From the human T2T-CHM13v2.0 reference genome, Homo sapiens, in assembly GCF_009914755.1 (NCBI RefSeq), contig NC_060936.1: a stretch of DNA of 64,000 nt; one strand, 5' to 3'. Positions 1 to 17,199 of the stretch are shown piece by piece (the stretch's first letter is position 1; each line of letters begins with the position of its first letter). A model generated the notes under the pieces. The model ran no database searches. It saw nothing but the letters and a program-made list of their open reading frames with translations, and was not told where the DNA came from. The translations under genes were made by a program, and so were the position numbers.

Positions 1-59
1 TCCCCTAGCCCTATTCTCCTCTACTTCACTGTTTCAATGTTAATACATATCAAAACACT

Positions 60-900
60 TTAATCTTGTTTAACCACTTCCTAATAGTTGATACTATAGA
101 GCACAGTTCATTTAGCCATTCCACTGTTGATGGTTTTTTAGGTGGTTTGCCCTCTTTCTGCATTAGAGGCAATGCTACAATGAACATCCTGGTGCATACC
201 AGCAAAGATTTCTCCAGGAAAGATACCTAGGAATTAAAATTGCACTTTATTTTAAGATACACTGCTAAAGAGCCCTCCAAAAAGACTAAAACCTATGCCC
301 CCACTAGCAATATGTGAGAATGCATATTTTCATACACTTTGAATATTATCAAAGTTAAAATTTTTTGATAATCTCATAGGTGAAAATGGTATTTAGTTAT
401 AGTAATATCCATTTTCCTAATTATTATTAGTTTCAGATATTTTCTGTGTTTACTGGCCACTTGTGTTTCCACTTTGGTGAATTTCCTTTTTGTATCCTTT
501 GCCAATTTCTCTCTTGGGTTGTTTATCCTTTCTGTTTTTATTTATAGGAATCGTTTATATATTGTTTGTACTAATATTTTTGGTGTTATTTATGTTGTAA
601 ATATTTTTATCCATTTTTATATATTTAGCTTTGTTTGTGATGCCTTAACCTCTGTCTTACATTTCAACGTTCTCAAATGTATTCTTTTCCTATTTACTTC
701 TTATTTAATAAAGTCCTTCTCAATCCCCAAATCCATAAAGATCATAAATATATTTTCTCCCAATAATTTTATAATTTTCAGTCTTTAATCCATCTGAGAT
801 GTATTTTCCAAGAATGATTCATAAAGATGTCTTTATTTTTACCCTCAAAGCATAGGCAATTTTCTTGCCACAATTTCTTGAATAGGTCATCCTTCTTCCA
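60..900 (-). mobile_element. Old L1M fragment
   Basis: Degenerate antisense L1 ORF2/3' motifs (gcaatgctacaatgaacatcc, ggccacttgtgtttcc). Confidence 0.6.
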
Positions 901-1249
901 CTGATTTGAGCTGAGTCCACTAGCTACAGCATAGACAACTATTTAGGGTTGCTCAGAACACAGCATGCTATTTTCCCTTCCTATAGCCATCCCTGTTGCG
1001 TGTCATTTTCCTAGCCTAATGCCTATTCCTTCAAGACTAAGTTCAAGAATCAACCCTCCACGCTCAGAAAGATTTCCCTCATTCTCCTCACTATACCCTT
1101 GTTTAAAACTCATCAATTACTTCCATTTAGAAGAAAATCCAAACTCCTTACCATGGCCAACAGGCCATACAAGAGCTGCCTACTCTCAGACCTCATTTCC
1201 TATAGCCCCTCCTTGGCTCACTCATTTCCAGCCTCACTGGGCTTGTGTT

Positions 1250-1600
1250 GTTCTTCCAACACTCCAAGCCCAGGCCCTTTGCTTTTGCTGATCACTCTGC
1301 CTGAACTTATTTTCCCTTTGTATGACTTACTCATTCTTGTCCTTCACATCTCAGTTCGAATGTCCACTTTTCAGAGAGCTCTTCTCTGATTGCCCTCTCC
1401 AAAACTGTGTTCAACTACAACACTCTATACTTCTCTTTTACTTTCTTATTATCCTCATCAGAAATCCTATTATTTGTTGACTTGTGTATTATTCACTTAT
1501 CCCTCTAGAATGTAAGCTCTTTGTCTTACCACTGTATTTCTAAAACCTAGACCGAAACTTGGTATGTAGTAGAGAATTAATGAATATTGGATGAATGAAT
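1250..1600 (+). mobile_element. L2 3' fragment
   Basis: ctagaatgtaagctc...ttggatgaatgaatg, typical L2 3' end. Confidence 0.6.
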
Positions 1601-2129
1601 GTCCCTGCTTGTGCTCCTGATGGCACCTGTGCTTAGCTCTGTTGTAGCAATCCTCACACTACTACCATTGGGTTTTTCTTGCCTGACTTTTCCACTAAGC
1701 TTTCTGAAAAATCATTATTTTTTACTATGTCTAGTGTCTGTCAATAAATGTGCACTGACAAAATAAATGAGTGAATGAATGGGAAATTGATGTTGAGATG
1801 CCGTTTTTAAAGAGTAAGTACCTTATCACACATAGCTAAAGAGACCAACTGACACATCCACCGTACTAGTGGGAAATCTTAGATCTATAAGTTTAGAAAC
1901 ATTTCTATCTTCCAAGTTACCACAGGAGACAGTGTTACTGATTGTTTCATGATTATAAACAGGACCCCCATCTTCCCACCTCCTATGGGAATTTTCTTAT
2001 TGTTCTTCCAGTTTCCACTAACCAGTCTCCTCACTGCCCTTCTAGCCTCAGATCATCCCCCAATCCCAAAGCCCAGGCCATATATGTTAGCGGTTTTTTT
2101 AGACAGCATCTCACTTCCAGGTACTGATT

Positions 2130-2665
2130 TCTATACCAGTCATTTATGTCTTTGTAACAACCATCCCAAAGCTTAGTGGCATAAAACAGGAATGATCCAT
2201 TAATTCTCATAGTTCTGTGGGGCGGCTGAGCAGCTTCTCTGCTGGTTATGCCTGGGTTCACTCATGTTGCTCATTCAGATGTGAGTTCAACTGGAATGAA
2301 AGGACTGAGATGGCCTCACTCATGTCTGGGGTCTTGATGTGGCCGTCAGCTGGGATAGTTGGAAGAGCTGGACTTCTTTCTCCATGAGATTTTTAAATCT
2401 GAGATATCTGCAAACAGTATGGCAATCTCAGGGCAGCATTCTTTCTTAGATATGGAAAACAGAAGCTACAAGGTCTCTTAAAGCCTGGCTTAGAAGTCCC
2501 CAACCTCACTTCCACCACATTCTGTTGGTCAACGAATTTATTAGACCAGCTCAGGTCCAAGGGCTAGCGAAACAGACTTTGTGCATTGATGAGAGGTGTG
2601 GCAAACTCACATTGTAAGAGCGTGTGGAAAGGAAGCAATTGTGGTGGCCATCTTTGCAAACAATT
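2130..2665. mobile_element. MLT1-type MaLR solo LTR
   Basis: tgtaacaaccatcccaaagcttagtggcataaaaca...cacttccaccacattctgttggtcaa. Confidence 0.7.
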
Positions 2666-2869
2666 TCCATGAGTAAGAGGCATAATATTTCAAAGATCCA
2701 ATTAAGTATTTGAAAAAAAAAATGACAAGTTAGTCACGGAGAAAGCATTCAACAAATAGCTTCTTGACCATTTTGACTAATGTACATAATGCGAAAAAAG
2801 AAAAAACAAACTTTCCTGATTATGAAGAGTGAACATTAAGAAGACCAAACAACCACAACAACAAAACTA

Positions 2870-3605
<736 letters not shown>

Positions 3606-4173
3606 TCAACTCATGTATAAAATGGTTCCCATGGGGAGACTGGAAAGCCTATGCTTAAGAGATTTCCAATAAAAATGGTTACCATTCACTAATTAGTCTA
3701 CATTGTGGGGAAGCAGACTTAGTTGTTAGATTTCTTTATGTGACAAAAAAAAAATCCTTCTTCGGCTCTTGTGTGTATTGTGTTGTATGCCTCTATTCAC
3801 TAATTTCTGTCCTATGGCCTAAGCAAGACTGATTCTAAAGGTGGTTATCTAGTAAGGTATATTATTCATTCACTCATTTATGTATTAGTTACTTTATTTA
3901 TTCATGCAACCATTTGTTCATTTACTCAATTAACAAGAATTTATTGTGCATCTAAGATGTACCTGGCTGGCATTGTGCAAGGCATTGGAGATCCAATGTA
4001 ATCTCTCCTAGAGCTGCTGGTTTAATGGGAGACACAGAAAACCAAATCCACAAAAACAAAGGTTGAATTACAATGGTAACACCACTGCAAAGAAGAAGTA
4101 CCCAGGGCTATGAACGTCTCCTGGAGTTTGTGCTAATCAAGGAGTTGAGAAGCAGGGCTAGGCCTAGAGCTAG

Positions 4174-4795
<622 letters not shown>

Positions 4796-5146
4796 AAAAT
4801 TTAATTAAAATGTTAATTTAAATATTAAATTTTATTTTAATCTATCACTAAAAATCTATGTAGTGGTTACTAAGATAGTAATAAAAATTGTTTGGTTCTT
4901 ATAGAGCACTGTCTTCAGAATGATGTGGTCCAATGGTCATATTGGCTCGCAGCCATCCTTGTTGGCCATATGTTGTCCTTGACGTGTCTCTGGATTTTCG
5001 GAAGTATCTATTTATTCTAAATCTGTATTTCTGTCCTGGAAAGAACTTCAGTTTGAGTGCTGCTTGAAGACCAAATACTTGGAAAAATAAAACGTTTTTT
5101 CTTTTCCTAGAGCTCTTTTCTCTTTTTCCTTAAGAATATATTTCCA

Positions 5147-5478
<332 letters not shown>

Positions 5479-6627
5479 CTAAGGCTTCCTCTGAGCATAA
5501 AATGATGATGGTTAGAAAACCTTCATGTTTTTTCCTGCCCTTTAAAAATGGATTACATAGATATCCAACAAAGTGTATACTTTCTATCAACAACTGAGTT
5601 CATTTGAGACAATGTCACCAAGGATGATGTCTTGATATGTAGAGTTCATAGTGAACTAGTGCATGTAATCGGTTTTTATCTTCATCCTCCAAGCACTAAG
5701 ATTCCTCTAAATCAGAGTCAAAGTTATTTAATTGCAGCAGTGTCTTTCCAAGGTCTCCGATTGCAAATGGTTTATACTAAGTCAGAGGAGCTCCATACGC
5801 CATGAACTTCCCATGACACACGGTATCTAAATAAGTAAATATTGATAACCAGAAAGTGGGAGTCCAAGCTACCAGTAACTATGTGTCTTATCACAATAAA
5901 AACAAACAGTGCATACCATTTCTGAAATAATTCCTGGGTCCTTAAATGAAGACTTAGGTTACAGCATTTTAGAAATAAGCAAAAAGTAAAATAAACATTT
6001 TGTCCCTCCTTTCACCAATACCCAAGGTTTAAACTTTGTATCATGGGGCTGCTGCTTCTCCTTCCTCCTCCTTTTTGTATGCTGTACACAAGTTCCTTCC
6101 TTCCCATCTCTACTGACGCCACGCTGCTATGCACTCTGGTCACCACACAACAACTTCCTGAATGTTTCTCCTTCTTTTACTGCTTCCCCTCCCCAGCCCA
6201 CCTTCTCACTAGAGTAATCATATCTACTGATTTTATTGTGCCACTCAAAATTTCCAGTAGTTCCCCATTGACCACAGTTAGGTTCCCCAAACATTTTATG
6301 GGGAGGAATTACTTTTTCCTCAAAGCTTTAAGAATGGTGTGTAGCAAGGGCAAGGATGTGTGAGAAAGAGAGAAGCCCTGTATGAACTTGTGTATTTTTA
6401 CATAGGAAGCTTTCCATATATAATTTCATTCAATCTTTTTCATTGTGAAATATTTTCAACATGCAACAAAATAGAGTAATATAATCAACTTCCTTGTATT
6501 TATTGCTCAACTTAGAAGGAGAGCATTACAGGTATTATAGAAACTCCCTATGTACCTGCCCAGTCACATTCTGCAGCTCTATTCTGAATATGGGGCTCAT
6601 TACTTTCATTCATGTCTTTACAGTTAA

Positions 6628-6826
6628 GGCAAGGATCACAAGCTTTTTCTACAAAGGATAGACTGAATATTTTAGACTTTGCAGACCATATGGACTGTAT
6701 TGCAACCACAGTACTTAACTCTGTACTGTGGCTCAGAAAGGAGCCATAGAGAGCAAGTAAACAAAAGGGCAAATCTGGTCCTTGGCAGGCTGGGTTGGGT
6801 CTGAGAGTCATAGTTTGCTGATCTCT
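6628..6826. mobile_element. MER58A-like hAT MITE
   Basis: Related copies at 10753-11087, 39988-40203 and 57315-57500. Confidence 0.7.
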
Positions 6827-6967
6827 GCAGTAGAGTAACAGTAATAATATGTAGCACTGCTTTGCATATCTTTATATCAAACTGTATGTATTATTCTGCA
6901 ACCTGATTCTTTTGCTCAATATGATGTTTCCCCATTTATTCATATGAATACATCTAGTTCTAGTTCA

Positions 6968-7387
<420 letters not shown>

Positions 7388-7849
7388 TGATGGACATTAT
7401 GCTGTTTCCAATTTCTTACCATTGGAAACAATGTGGTGAACTTTTTTTGTACATGTCACTGTATACATATATTTGAAAACCTATGAAAGATTCACTTTTT
7501 AAGCTTTACGGCAACCCTATTATTTCGATTTAAATCCCCAATCAGGGGAGTGTCTGGGTGGTAGTGTCAGGAGGAGGTGCTGAGTGAGTAGTTCCAGGTC
7601 ATGCGTGAAGCTACGGAATGTCAGAACTGGCACTCCACCCTTAATCTCCTCATGTCTCATCCCCAGTGATATTTATACTAGACCAAAGCTATTATTTCTG
7701 CATATGTAAAACATTGCCAGCTATGCAAAGGGAATATGAAATAAATATAAGCAATGATTCCTCTCTTCTAGAAGTTTACGATCTGGTGATATAGTAAAGA
7801 CAAAACAGATGAAATCAAAGCATTAATTACTATACAAGGAGGAGGGAGA

Positions 7850-8760
7850 GAAAAATGACAAGGAAGCATCAATCAACAAACTGGAACATATAGGGGAAAA
7901 ATCTATAAGACTGAGAGGTGCAAGAGCACATTTGAGCAAATGGAGACATGCTGTGCCCTTGAAAGGCAAAATTAAATATCAGAAATGAGCAGATTTTCTC
8001 CCTAAATATCTACGTTTGGCACCGTCTCAAACTCCCAAAGAAACTTTTCTTTTTAAGAGTGTGATAAAAGATATGATAATTTTATCACAGAAAACAAGCA
8101 AGGGTATCTTAGGAAATGTTGAAAGAGAATGATCGATAATAAGAAAGGATGATATTGATACAAGAAGTAACTGCACGATCAATGGAAAACTAAAGTCTTA
8201 AAGAAGCACTATGAACCAATGGGTGAGGGAAAATGTACTCAAGAAGCAATTCTGAAAAAAAAAAATCCACCTTGTACCATAAACTAAAAATAAGAAGCAA
8301 TAAAAGTAACCTTTAAAAAATCAGATATATTTAACTACATGCAATGCAAAACTTTTTAGGTAAAGGTAATTTAAAGGCATGTAGTAAATATAATAGAATG
8401 CTAATACATTCAACGTATGAAGAACTCTGCCAAGTCAATAAAAAAAGGAACACTTCAGTAGAAAAATGGCAAAGGAAGTAAACCCAAAATGGAAACTGTC
8501 ACACATAGCCAATATAGATGTAAAGAAATGTTTTTTAAATTACTGCTAATCAGAGTAATTTAATACAACAAGATAGGATTTGTCACCTAGTAAATTAGAA
8601 AAAATTGTTCAAAGTGAGAGTGGGTGATGCTAATAAAGGTATGATGAGAAAAGCAGTCTTACTGCTGGTGGGAGTATAAATGGAAAAAAATGATAGAACA
8701 CAATTTGACATTTTTTATGCTTTGCTGTATTGCCTCAATTTTCTGCAATGACCCTTTTAT
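7850..8760 (+). mobile_element. Degenerate L1M remnants
   Basis: A-rich L1 ORF2-like motifs (gaaaaatggcaaagga, ctgctggtgggagtataaatgg). Confidence 0.55.
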
Positions 8761-9025
8761 TTTAAAAATACTTTAGCTTAAAAATAAATTTTAATAACTT
8801 TTCAGAAAAACAGTGGATGAAGGAATGCTTAAAGTTGGGGTTTTATTAAGTTAACAAACTATTAATTGAGACTGATTAGGCTAACAGAGGGGGCAGCTGG
8901 CTAATCTATCCTGCATCCACCCTATCCCTCTTCCAGGACAGGGGTGGGGAATGGGGGAGTCAGGGGGAAGGTAGGGAAGTGATCATGTTCAAATCAGATC
9001 TTTTTCTTTTCTTTACCTGCTCTGA

Positions 9026-9357
<332 letters not shown>

Positions 9358-9442
9358 TTTAGCTGCATTTCTAAGGAGATTTGCTTCCTCTACTTCATGT
9401 GTTCTGCCAGCTGTTGACCATGGCTATCACCTGACAATGTTG

Positions 9443-9745
<303 letters not shown>

Positions 9746-10752
9746 ATAATGTTGTTTTTCTTTCTGATCTGGTGTTCTCTCTTCCACAATAGACTGCTTT
9801 CTCTACTTGTGCCTTTTGGCATGGAAAATGAGCTGCCCCATTTGTAGAGACAGTCTCATGGACAAGGCATAGTTTTGAGTAAATGGGTACTCATAATAGC
9901 TAGTCATAAAGTAAATCCTGAAATTTTAAAAAAATGTTTAAAATCTTAAAGTCATTAGAAATTAAAAAAATTCAAATTTATATACATATTTTAGTGGCAG
10001 AAAATATGATAAAATGACCAATAACAGACTCTCACGTGTAGACATATGCTACCTTAGGATAAAATTCTGCCATGAAGTGGAATGGAATGAAATGTAAACT
10101 TGAGGAAGAACAGGAATGATTAAAAAGTTTCCAGCTGTTAAAGAATAACTTCATCTATTTCTTAAAAGGATAAGGGAGGGTAAAAAGTTGCTGTGATATT
10201 TAGATTTAATCGAATTATTTAAAAGTAATGCAACAACATGTAAAAATGTCAATTTTTATAATACATCAGAAATTATATTACTTGCAACTATTTTATTTTT
10301 TAGTGAAAGACATTAGATGTCAACCCAAAAAGTGTGTTGAAGGAGCATATTGTTTTTCAAGGGTCTTTCAAAGGTTAAAATTCTCAACCTATAACATGAC
10401 TCCTTTTATGGAAGGGAGGATTTGAAGGAAAAAAGACTATAGAGCTAAAGTCAAGGGTCTCCTGGGAGTTCTTCTTTTGCAGTTCCTTCCCCAAAATGAA
10501 AGTGAAGAGTATTAGAGAAAGAAGAGCACCAAAGTAACCGTAATTAGACAAATAATGTATATGGAAACTCTTGGCAAATAGGCTAAAGTTGCTAATCCCA
10601 GTAAGAAGCTGTTAAGAGGTAAAGAAAATCTGACTATTATGAGATGTATTTAATTAAGTGGGTTTATATCCCCAAGGTAATCTTTACATTTATTCATAGT
10701 TTACCTCTAACACTACTTTGATTGTTTGAATCCCTTCTGTTCTTTGTTTCAG

Positions 10753-11087
10753 GCAGGGATTAACATACTTTTTGTGTAAAAGGCTAGATAGTAAATATTT
10801 TTGGGTTTCTGAACCGTGCAGTCTTGTGTTGCAACTACTGTACTCAACTCTGCTACTGCAGGGAGAAAAGAGCCATAGATATTCCATAAACAAGTGGCTG
10901 TGGCTGAGTACCATTAAACTATTTATAGGCACTGAATATGAATTTCATATAATTTCCATGTGTCATAAAATATTCTTCTTTTGTTTTTTTTAACCATCTG
11001 AAAATGTAAAACCATTCTAAGCTCACAGGCTACACAAAAACAGGCAGCCGACCGGATTTGGCCTGCAGGCAATAGTTTACCAACTCT
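10753..11087. mobile_element. MER58B-like hAT MITE
   Basis: cagggattaaca...tagtttaccaactctg termini and internal consensus motifs. Confidence 0.75.
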
Positions 11088-12204
11088 GTTTTTAGATACA
11101 GTATTTGAAGGCCCTTTTATACTGAAGAGTGAGAACAATATTCTGGAAGGATACACAAAGAATTAGCAATTGTAATTGTATTTAGGTAAGGAAAATGGGT
11201 GTCTAAGCTGGGAAGACTTTTTTTCAGTATACTGTTTGAATTGTTTACCATGTGCTTGTGTTACTATTTCAAAAATTTAGTTTCTTTTTTTTTAAAGCCC
11301 ATTCGGGAATTGTAAACCCAATGAATCTGACTTGAGTGGACCCTGCTAACTATCTGGATTCTAGAGAGTTCTGCTGTTAGCTAATCAGGGGCATTCACAT
11401 GGTAGGTCTCCAATCAGGGATAATAACTTAAATGATGCAGAATTAGGGGAACTGGACTTTTCATTTGGGAGAGCAAGTGATAAATTATGTCCTAAGCTTT
11501 TGTGCCAATAGGGCTTATAACATTTCTCCAGGAAGAGCAAGTCAAATGTCATAGAATTTGGCAGAACTAAGCAAGAAAAACAATAAATGCAGATAATTTA
11601 ATAGAGCCAACATTTCTTGAGGGCTGACTGTATGCCAGGCCCTTAATTTGAAGGTGCCAAGTTTATATGAATGTATTGAAGAAAATATATCACAGGAATC
11701 CAAAATGAAGATGAGTGTGCCTGGAAAATATTAAAAAACTGTAATGTGCAGTGGAAGTACGGGGGAGCTTGCTGAACATGGCTCAAGGTTAAAAAAGACA
11801 GATGTGAGACAAGGAGAGCACAGAGGGAAACCTGAAGTCAGAGTCACAGAGCTGTAATATCCTATTTTTAAAGACCAGAGGAAATGGGCCTTAAGTTACA
11901 GAGTATAAGCTTGGGTTGAATATTAGGAAAACTTTCTGACCGTTCACATTGTGGGTTCCTGGAAAATATTATTATGGGAAATTGTGGAATTTCCTATTCC
12001 CAAGATAGGAGAAACTCTAGAACAATAATTGCCTAAATTTTGATGGGGAGTGGGGTATTTAAGCCCATTTATTATACAATATACAGACACATATACATAT
12101 TTAGTATCATGATTCATATATGTATTCATATATACACATTATATATATCCTTATACAATTGATATGTACATGCTGAAATTTGAATTTCCCTAGTCCTCAA
12201 CTAG

Positions 12205-12540
<336 letters not shown>

Positions 12541-13948
12541 AGAAACTCAACTTTTACTGGCTTACTCTTCAGGACCTCCCGCTCCTATCAGAGCCTCCCT
12601 CCCCGACAACACCCCAGTTATTTCAGGAGTGCCTTGGGGTCTCTTCATGTTTATAACTAAGTCTGCTCTGGCTGTTCCTTCCACTCCATTTTGTGTCCAT
12701 GGGGCAGAGCAGTGCCCAACCAGTAGTCATGATTCCTCTGCTGGGCACCTCTGCTGCCCAGCCCTCTTGGGTTCAGAGTTCCACTGTGATATATGGCATA
12801 GTTGTTTGAGGATGAGGGTGAGGTTGAAGTGAGTTCTCTCTCTCTTCTGCTTGTTGCATTGGACGGATCTGCCTTATACCTCAATGTTTCCAGACTTCAT
12901 TTTTATTTACAACCCTTTTCTTCTCACCTCTGGGTGGTAGGAAGGTCTCCTGAATCTAGTATGGGTTGGTCAAACACAGCTACACTGAAAATTACATATG
13001 TCTCTAATGGCTAAGGCTTTCCTTTGGGGTGAAGTTCATGGTCCCTAGCTCTCTATGAGTTTAGAATGGATTTTCTCCCACCAAGCCGCTTATATTAATG
13101 GATAGTAGAGTTTGGCAGTAGGGCTTGGTGGAATTTGATGGGCTATGCCGTGGGTTTACCAGATGGACCCAGATATGCCTGGAACCCACAGTGGACACAG
13201 TTTGTGTCTCTTCTCAGAAGACTCTCCCTCATTCTTGCTTCTTCATGTGGTTCTTCTCTGTTGTCTTCCCATCAATGCAGATTGCTCTAGTATCGCCCAT
13301 CTTTAAAAATTGCCCTTGAAACTACATCCTCCCTCCGCTACTTCTCTATCTCTTGACTCTCTATCTCTTCACATCCAAACCTCTCTATTACAGCATCCTG
13401 TTATTTGCCTTCATAAACAGCTTTCATGACAATATATAATTATCTATGTATTTGGGTGATTATTTAATATTTATTCCTAATTAAGCTTGATATCATGGAT
13501 CATGAATGTTTATTTTCCTTTTGCCATTTTATCTTCAAATATCTAGCACAGAGTTTAGTGCAGAATATGTGCTCACTGAATATTTGTTGCAAGCATTGAA
13601 TAAATGAATAAATGAAGGAAACAGGTTTCTGGTGGACGACTTTCCCAGCAGCCAAGTGCACCTGAAACTCACTTCTGTTTGAGCTAGGACATTTGGTGAG
13701 TGAGAGAGAAAGAGAGATACGAATAATGGGGAAATCCTAATGAAATACATACTTATCCAAAAAACCCACTATATCCTCTTCCTGGGCAGCAAATATAGAC
13801 AGCTATTTATTTGTAAATAAAGTCATACCTTGGTGGAGACAGAAAAAAAAGGTTTGAAAATCATCCTCAGAAAACAGCTTGGGAAAAGAGATTCTGACAG
13901 CACACATTATCACTTTTCATTATTTAACCTTTCAAATTACTTCTTTAG

Positions 13949-14083
13949 GGAGGTAGAAGACATCGTAGAAGGAGTGAAAGAAGAAAAGAAGACTTAGAAA
14001 CATAGCTCAAAGTGAACACTGCTTCTCTTAGTTTCCTGGATTTCTTCTGGACATTTCCTCAAGATGAAACTTCAGACACTTTG
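13949..14083 (+). other. NR1H4: NR1H4 5'UTR exon (FXR alpha1/alpha2 transcripts)
   Basis: Acceptor ttctttag|GGAGGTAG and donor TTG|gtgaga; matches the FXR mRNA leader as recalled; splices to 14716. Confidence 0.9.
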
Positions 14084-14760
14084 GTGAGATTTACCATTAT
14101 TTTTCTTCTTACTATATCTTTTTAAAAAGCCCCGGATCAATACATGACCAAGGTAGATCATGACAGTGAAAATGAAAGCCCCTGAAATTTCCTCTAAAAG
14201 GCAGATACAAGGAATATCTCTGATTTTCTGATCTGCTGACATAATGCCTAAATAGTCAAAAAAAATTCCAGTAGGAAGTGGCTTTAAATCACTATTAATG
14301 TTTATAAAAACCTATTCAACTTTAGAATAAAGTTTAAGATAATAAATCATGGATTCATCTCATTTTAAATCAAGGCCTTTTATATTTGTTTTTTTTTCTA
14401 ATAAAGACATAGTCAAAATGTCATCATATCTTGCCCAAATCTCCCAAGGGCTGAAATTTGAATGAAAACATACGGTGTTTTTTTCAGATAAATTAGTATC
14501 TTTTATGCAAGCACGTATCTTGGGCATTTTTAGGTCCAAATGAGGTATAAAAATGATAAATATTGAGAAAAGATACATACAGAAAGGCTATAGTAAAATG
14601 CATTCAAAGGGAGCCATTTGTACTTTCGTAAACTATCTCGCTGTCTCCTTCCCCAGCTCTCCTAACCAACCCTTCCCGCATTCCCACAGTCACAAACTAT
14701 TTATTTTCCTTTCAGGAGTTTTTTTTGAAGACCACCATAAAGAAAGTGCATTTCAATTGA

Positions 14761-14877
<117 letters not shown>

Positions 14878-16896
14878 TAAGAACAAACTACGATTTGGAA
14901 ATACATGAGGAAATGCCTAGATGATGAGTCCAGCCCAGGGTCAAGAACATGTTTTTGTTCCTTCCAAGTACTCAATCAATGTTAGCTACTCTGCAAGGTT
15001 AGAGGTAGATCGGACCTTGGATTCATGGGACTTAATGGTCTTCATTTTTATAGATGAGGACTGCAAAAGCTTTGTGAATTGCTCAAGGCCGCGAGGCTAG
15101 ATAATTAACAGAGCAGGGAGTAGAAAGCGATTCCTCCTCTAAGGCTAATTCCAATATTATTATAGCAGGTACTAAACTATGAAATCATGATTCTTATGGC
15201 TTAATATGACACCTATTAAAGGCTGAGTTTACTTAGGTTATAGCTGGGCAGATTTCCTTTTGCAGTTCCTCCGGTGCTGGGGGATCTATGGCACAGTGTC
15301 AGGATTAGTCATTTAAGCAGGATTGAGGACAAATTGTACTAAGCAGTTTTCAGTAGATCTGTAACTAGATGATACCATAAAATGATATATTGCTCCACTT
15401 TATGCATTTATGAAAAACATCTCATTATAAAGAGTTTCAACTGCAAACATTAACAAAGATTTAACCAAGGCAATATTTTGGGTGGGACAGGGAGCCTTTC
15501 TGCCAGTGTTAAAATAATTCCCTTCTGCATAATAGCCCTGCTGGCAGCCTGGGATGCTCCCAGTTTTCACCCTCCGTTAATATATGGGCCATGATATACC
15601 ATAATAGTGAAAATGCAAACACTAGAAGTTCCTCAAAGTTCAATGTATGAAGGCATGACCGCTTATTTGGTTGCTGATATTCCTAGGACCTGTTAATTAA
15701 TAATTTGTTCTGTTACCTATTAGTCATTAGCACTTTAGTGTGTAATAGTTGATTAGGCCATTTCCAAAAAGGGGTCATTATTTGTAATAATTATTTACAT
15801 GTGTACCTGCCTCCATACAGTACAAATGCATTTAAGGGCAGTGACCATATTTCATTAATATTTTATTATCCAGTGCATATTTAGTAGGCACTTGATAAAT
15901 AAGAGTCCAGTAATAAATAATAGAAGGGAAAAGAAAAAGAGGTTTATGGAAAAAACAGATGTTGATCCGTAACTCTTAGAGAGACCAAAGGCGGCAGTAA
16001 TTATTTATTAAATGCCAGTTCTCCCAAGTACTTGCTGCATCTTATTTCTTCCAGTTGGCTTATCTTCATCCTGTAGATGCAGTCAAGGGCAGTGGGAGGC
16101 CCTGCCTCCATGTCTAGCCACTTGACCATTTGCTTCTGGCCTGCCTGCCCTTCCGTGGTTCCTCAGAACAGAGTCAATGTATAGACATCTTAATGATTTT
16201 TTCTTCTAGCAATCAGAACTCACAGAATAATTAGGACTATTGGCACATACCACAGATAAAGAAAAATTGCACTCAAGATTTTTTTTCAAACAGAAACTTC
16301 CATTTCCTGCTGTAAAATTTTATGATTGTAGGTTGAGATCTCTGAGCTTAGGCTTCATCATTACTAAACCAATCTATTCAGCTCCAATTTGCATACAGAG
16401 AGAAAATTGTAGGGTTTTCCTTACAAGCTAGCCCAATTTTCAGCCAGCACAGAAGATTTCAGGGTGATTTCAGCAGCCATAAGGTGAAAAAGATGCCAGT
16501 AAATTCAGAAAAAGCCACGAAGATGCCGTCAGGTTAGAAGCATCTAAAGATGATTGCTAAGGAAGCACTGTGCCTTCTGCTTTTATGGTGTGGTTCTCTC
16601 CTCTCTCTCTTTTGCTGGACCACATTCTTATTCCATTTCCTAACACTGCATTTAAGGTTTCTGAGAATATATAGCACAAGCTGCATGAGCTGCAATGCAG
16701 AGCTGTAATTCTTTGCTGGAGCAGTTTCCTCAACTCTTTATCTGGTCCCCTCTTCTGGTAAACTAATCTGACCATGTGTGACCATTAGGACTCCTTTTCC
16801 TTTTCTCCACTAAGCTGTAGAGCCACGTCTAAGCATTATTTTCAAATCTCTTTCCCCTAGGCCCTCAGTCTCACTTCACTTAACACATCTGAGCTA

Positions 16897-17199
16897 GGCT
16901 GGGCATAGTGGCTCACACCTGTAATTCCAGCACTTTGGGAGGCTGAGGGAGGTGGATCACGAGGTCAGGAGATCAAGATCATCCTGGCCAACATGGTTAA
17001 ACCCTGTCTCTACTAAAAATACAAAAATTAGCTTGGTGTGGTGGTGCATGCCTATAATCCCAGCTACTCAAGAGAACTGAGGCAGGAGAATCGCTTGAAC
17101 CAGGGAGTCAGAGGTTGCAGTGAGTCGAGATCGCGCCACTGCACTCCAGCCTGGTGACAGAGTGAGGCTCCAACTCAAGAAAAACAAACAAAAAAAAAA
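16897..17199 (+). mobile_element. AluS (Sc-like)
   Basis: Dimer with TSD ending ctgagcta. Confidence 0.93.

Noticed and set aside
15083-15091. LRH-1-type TCAAGGCCG (also 48106) and several CAAAGTCCA HNF4-like motifs
   Set aside because: Short motifs expected by chance; the first lies in MIR-derived sequence
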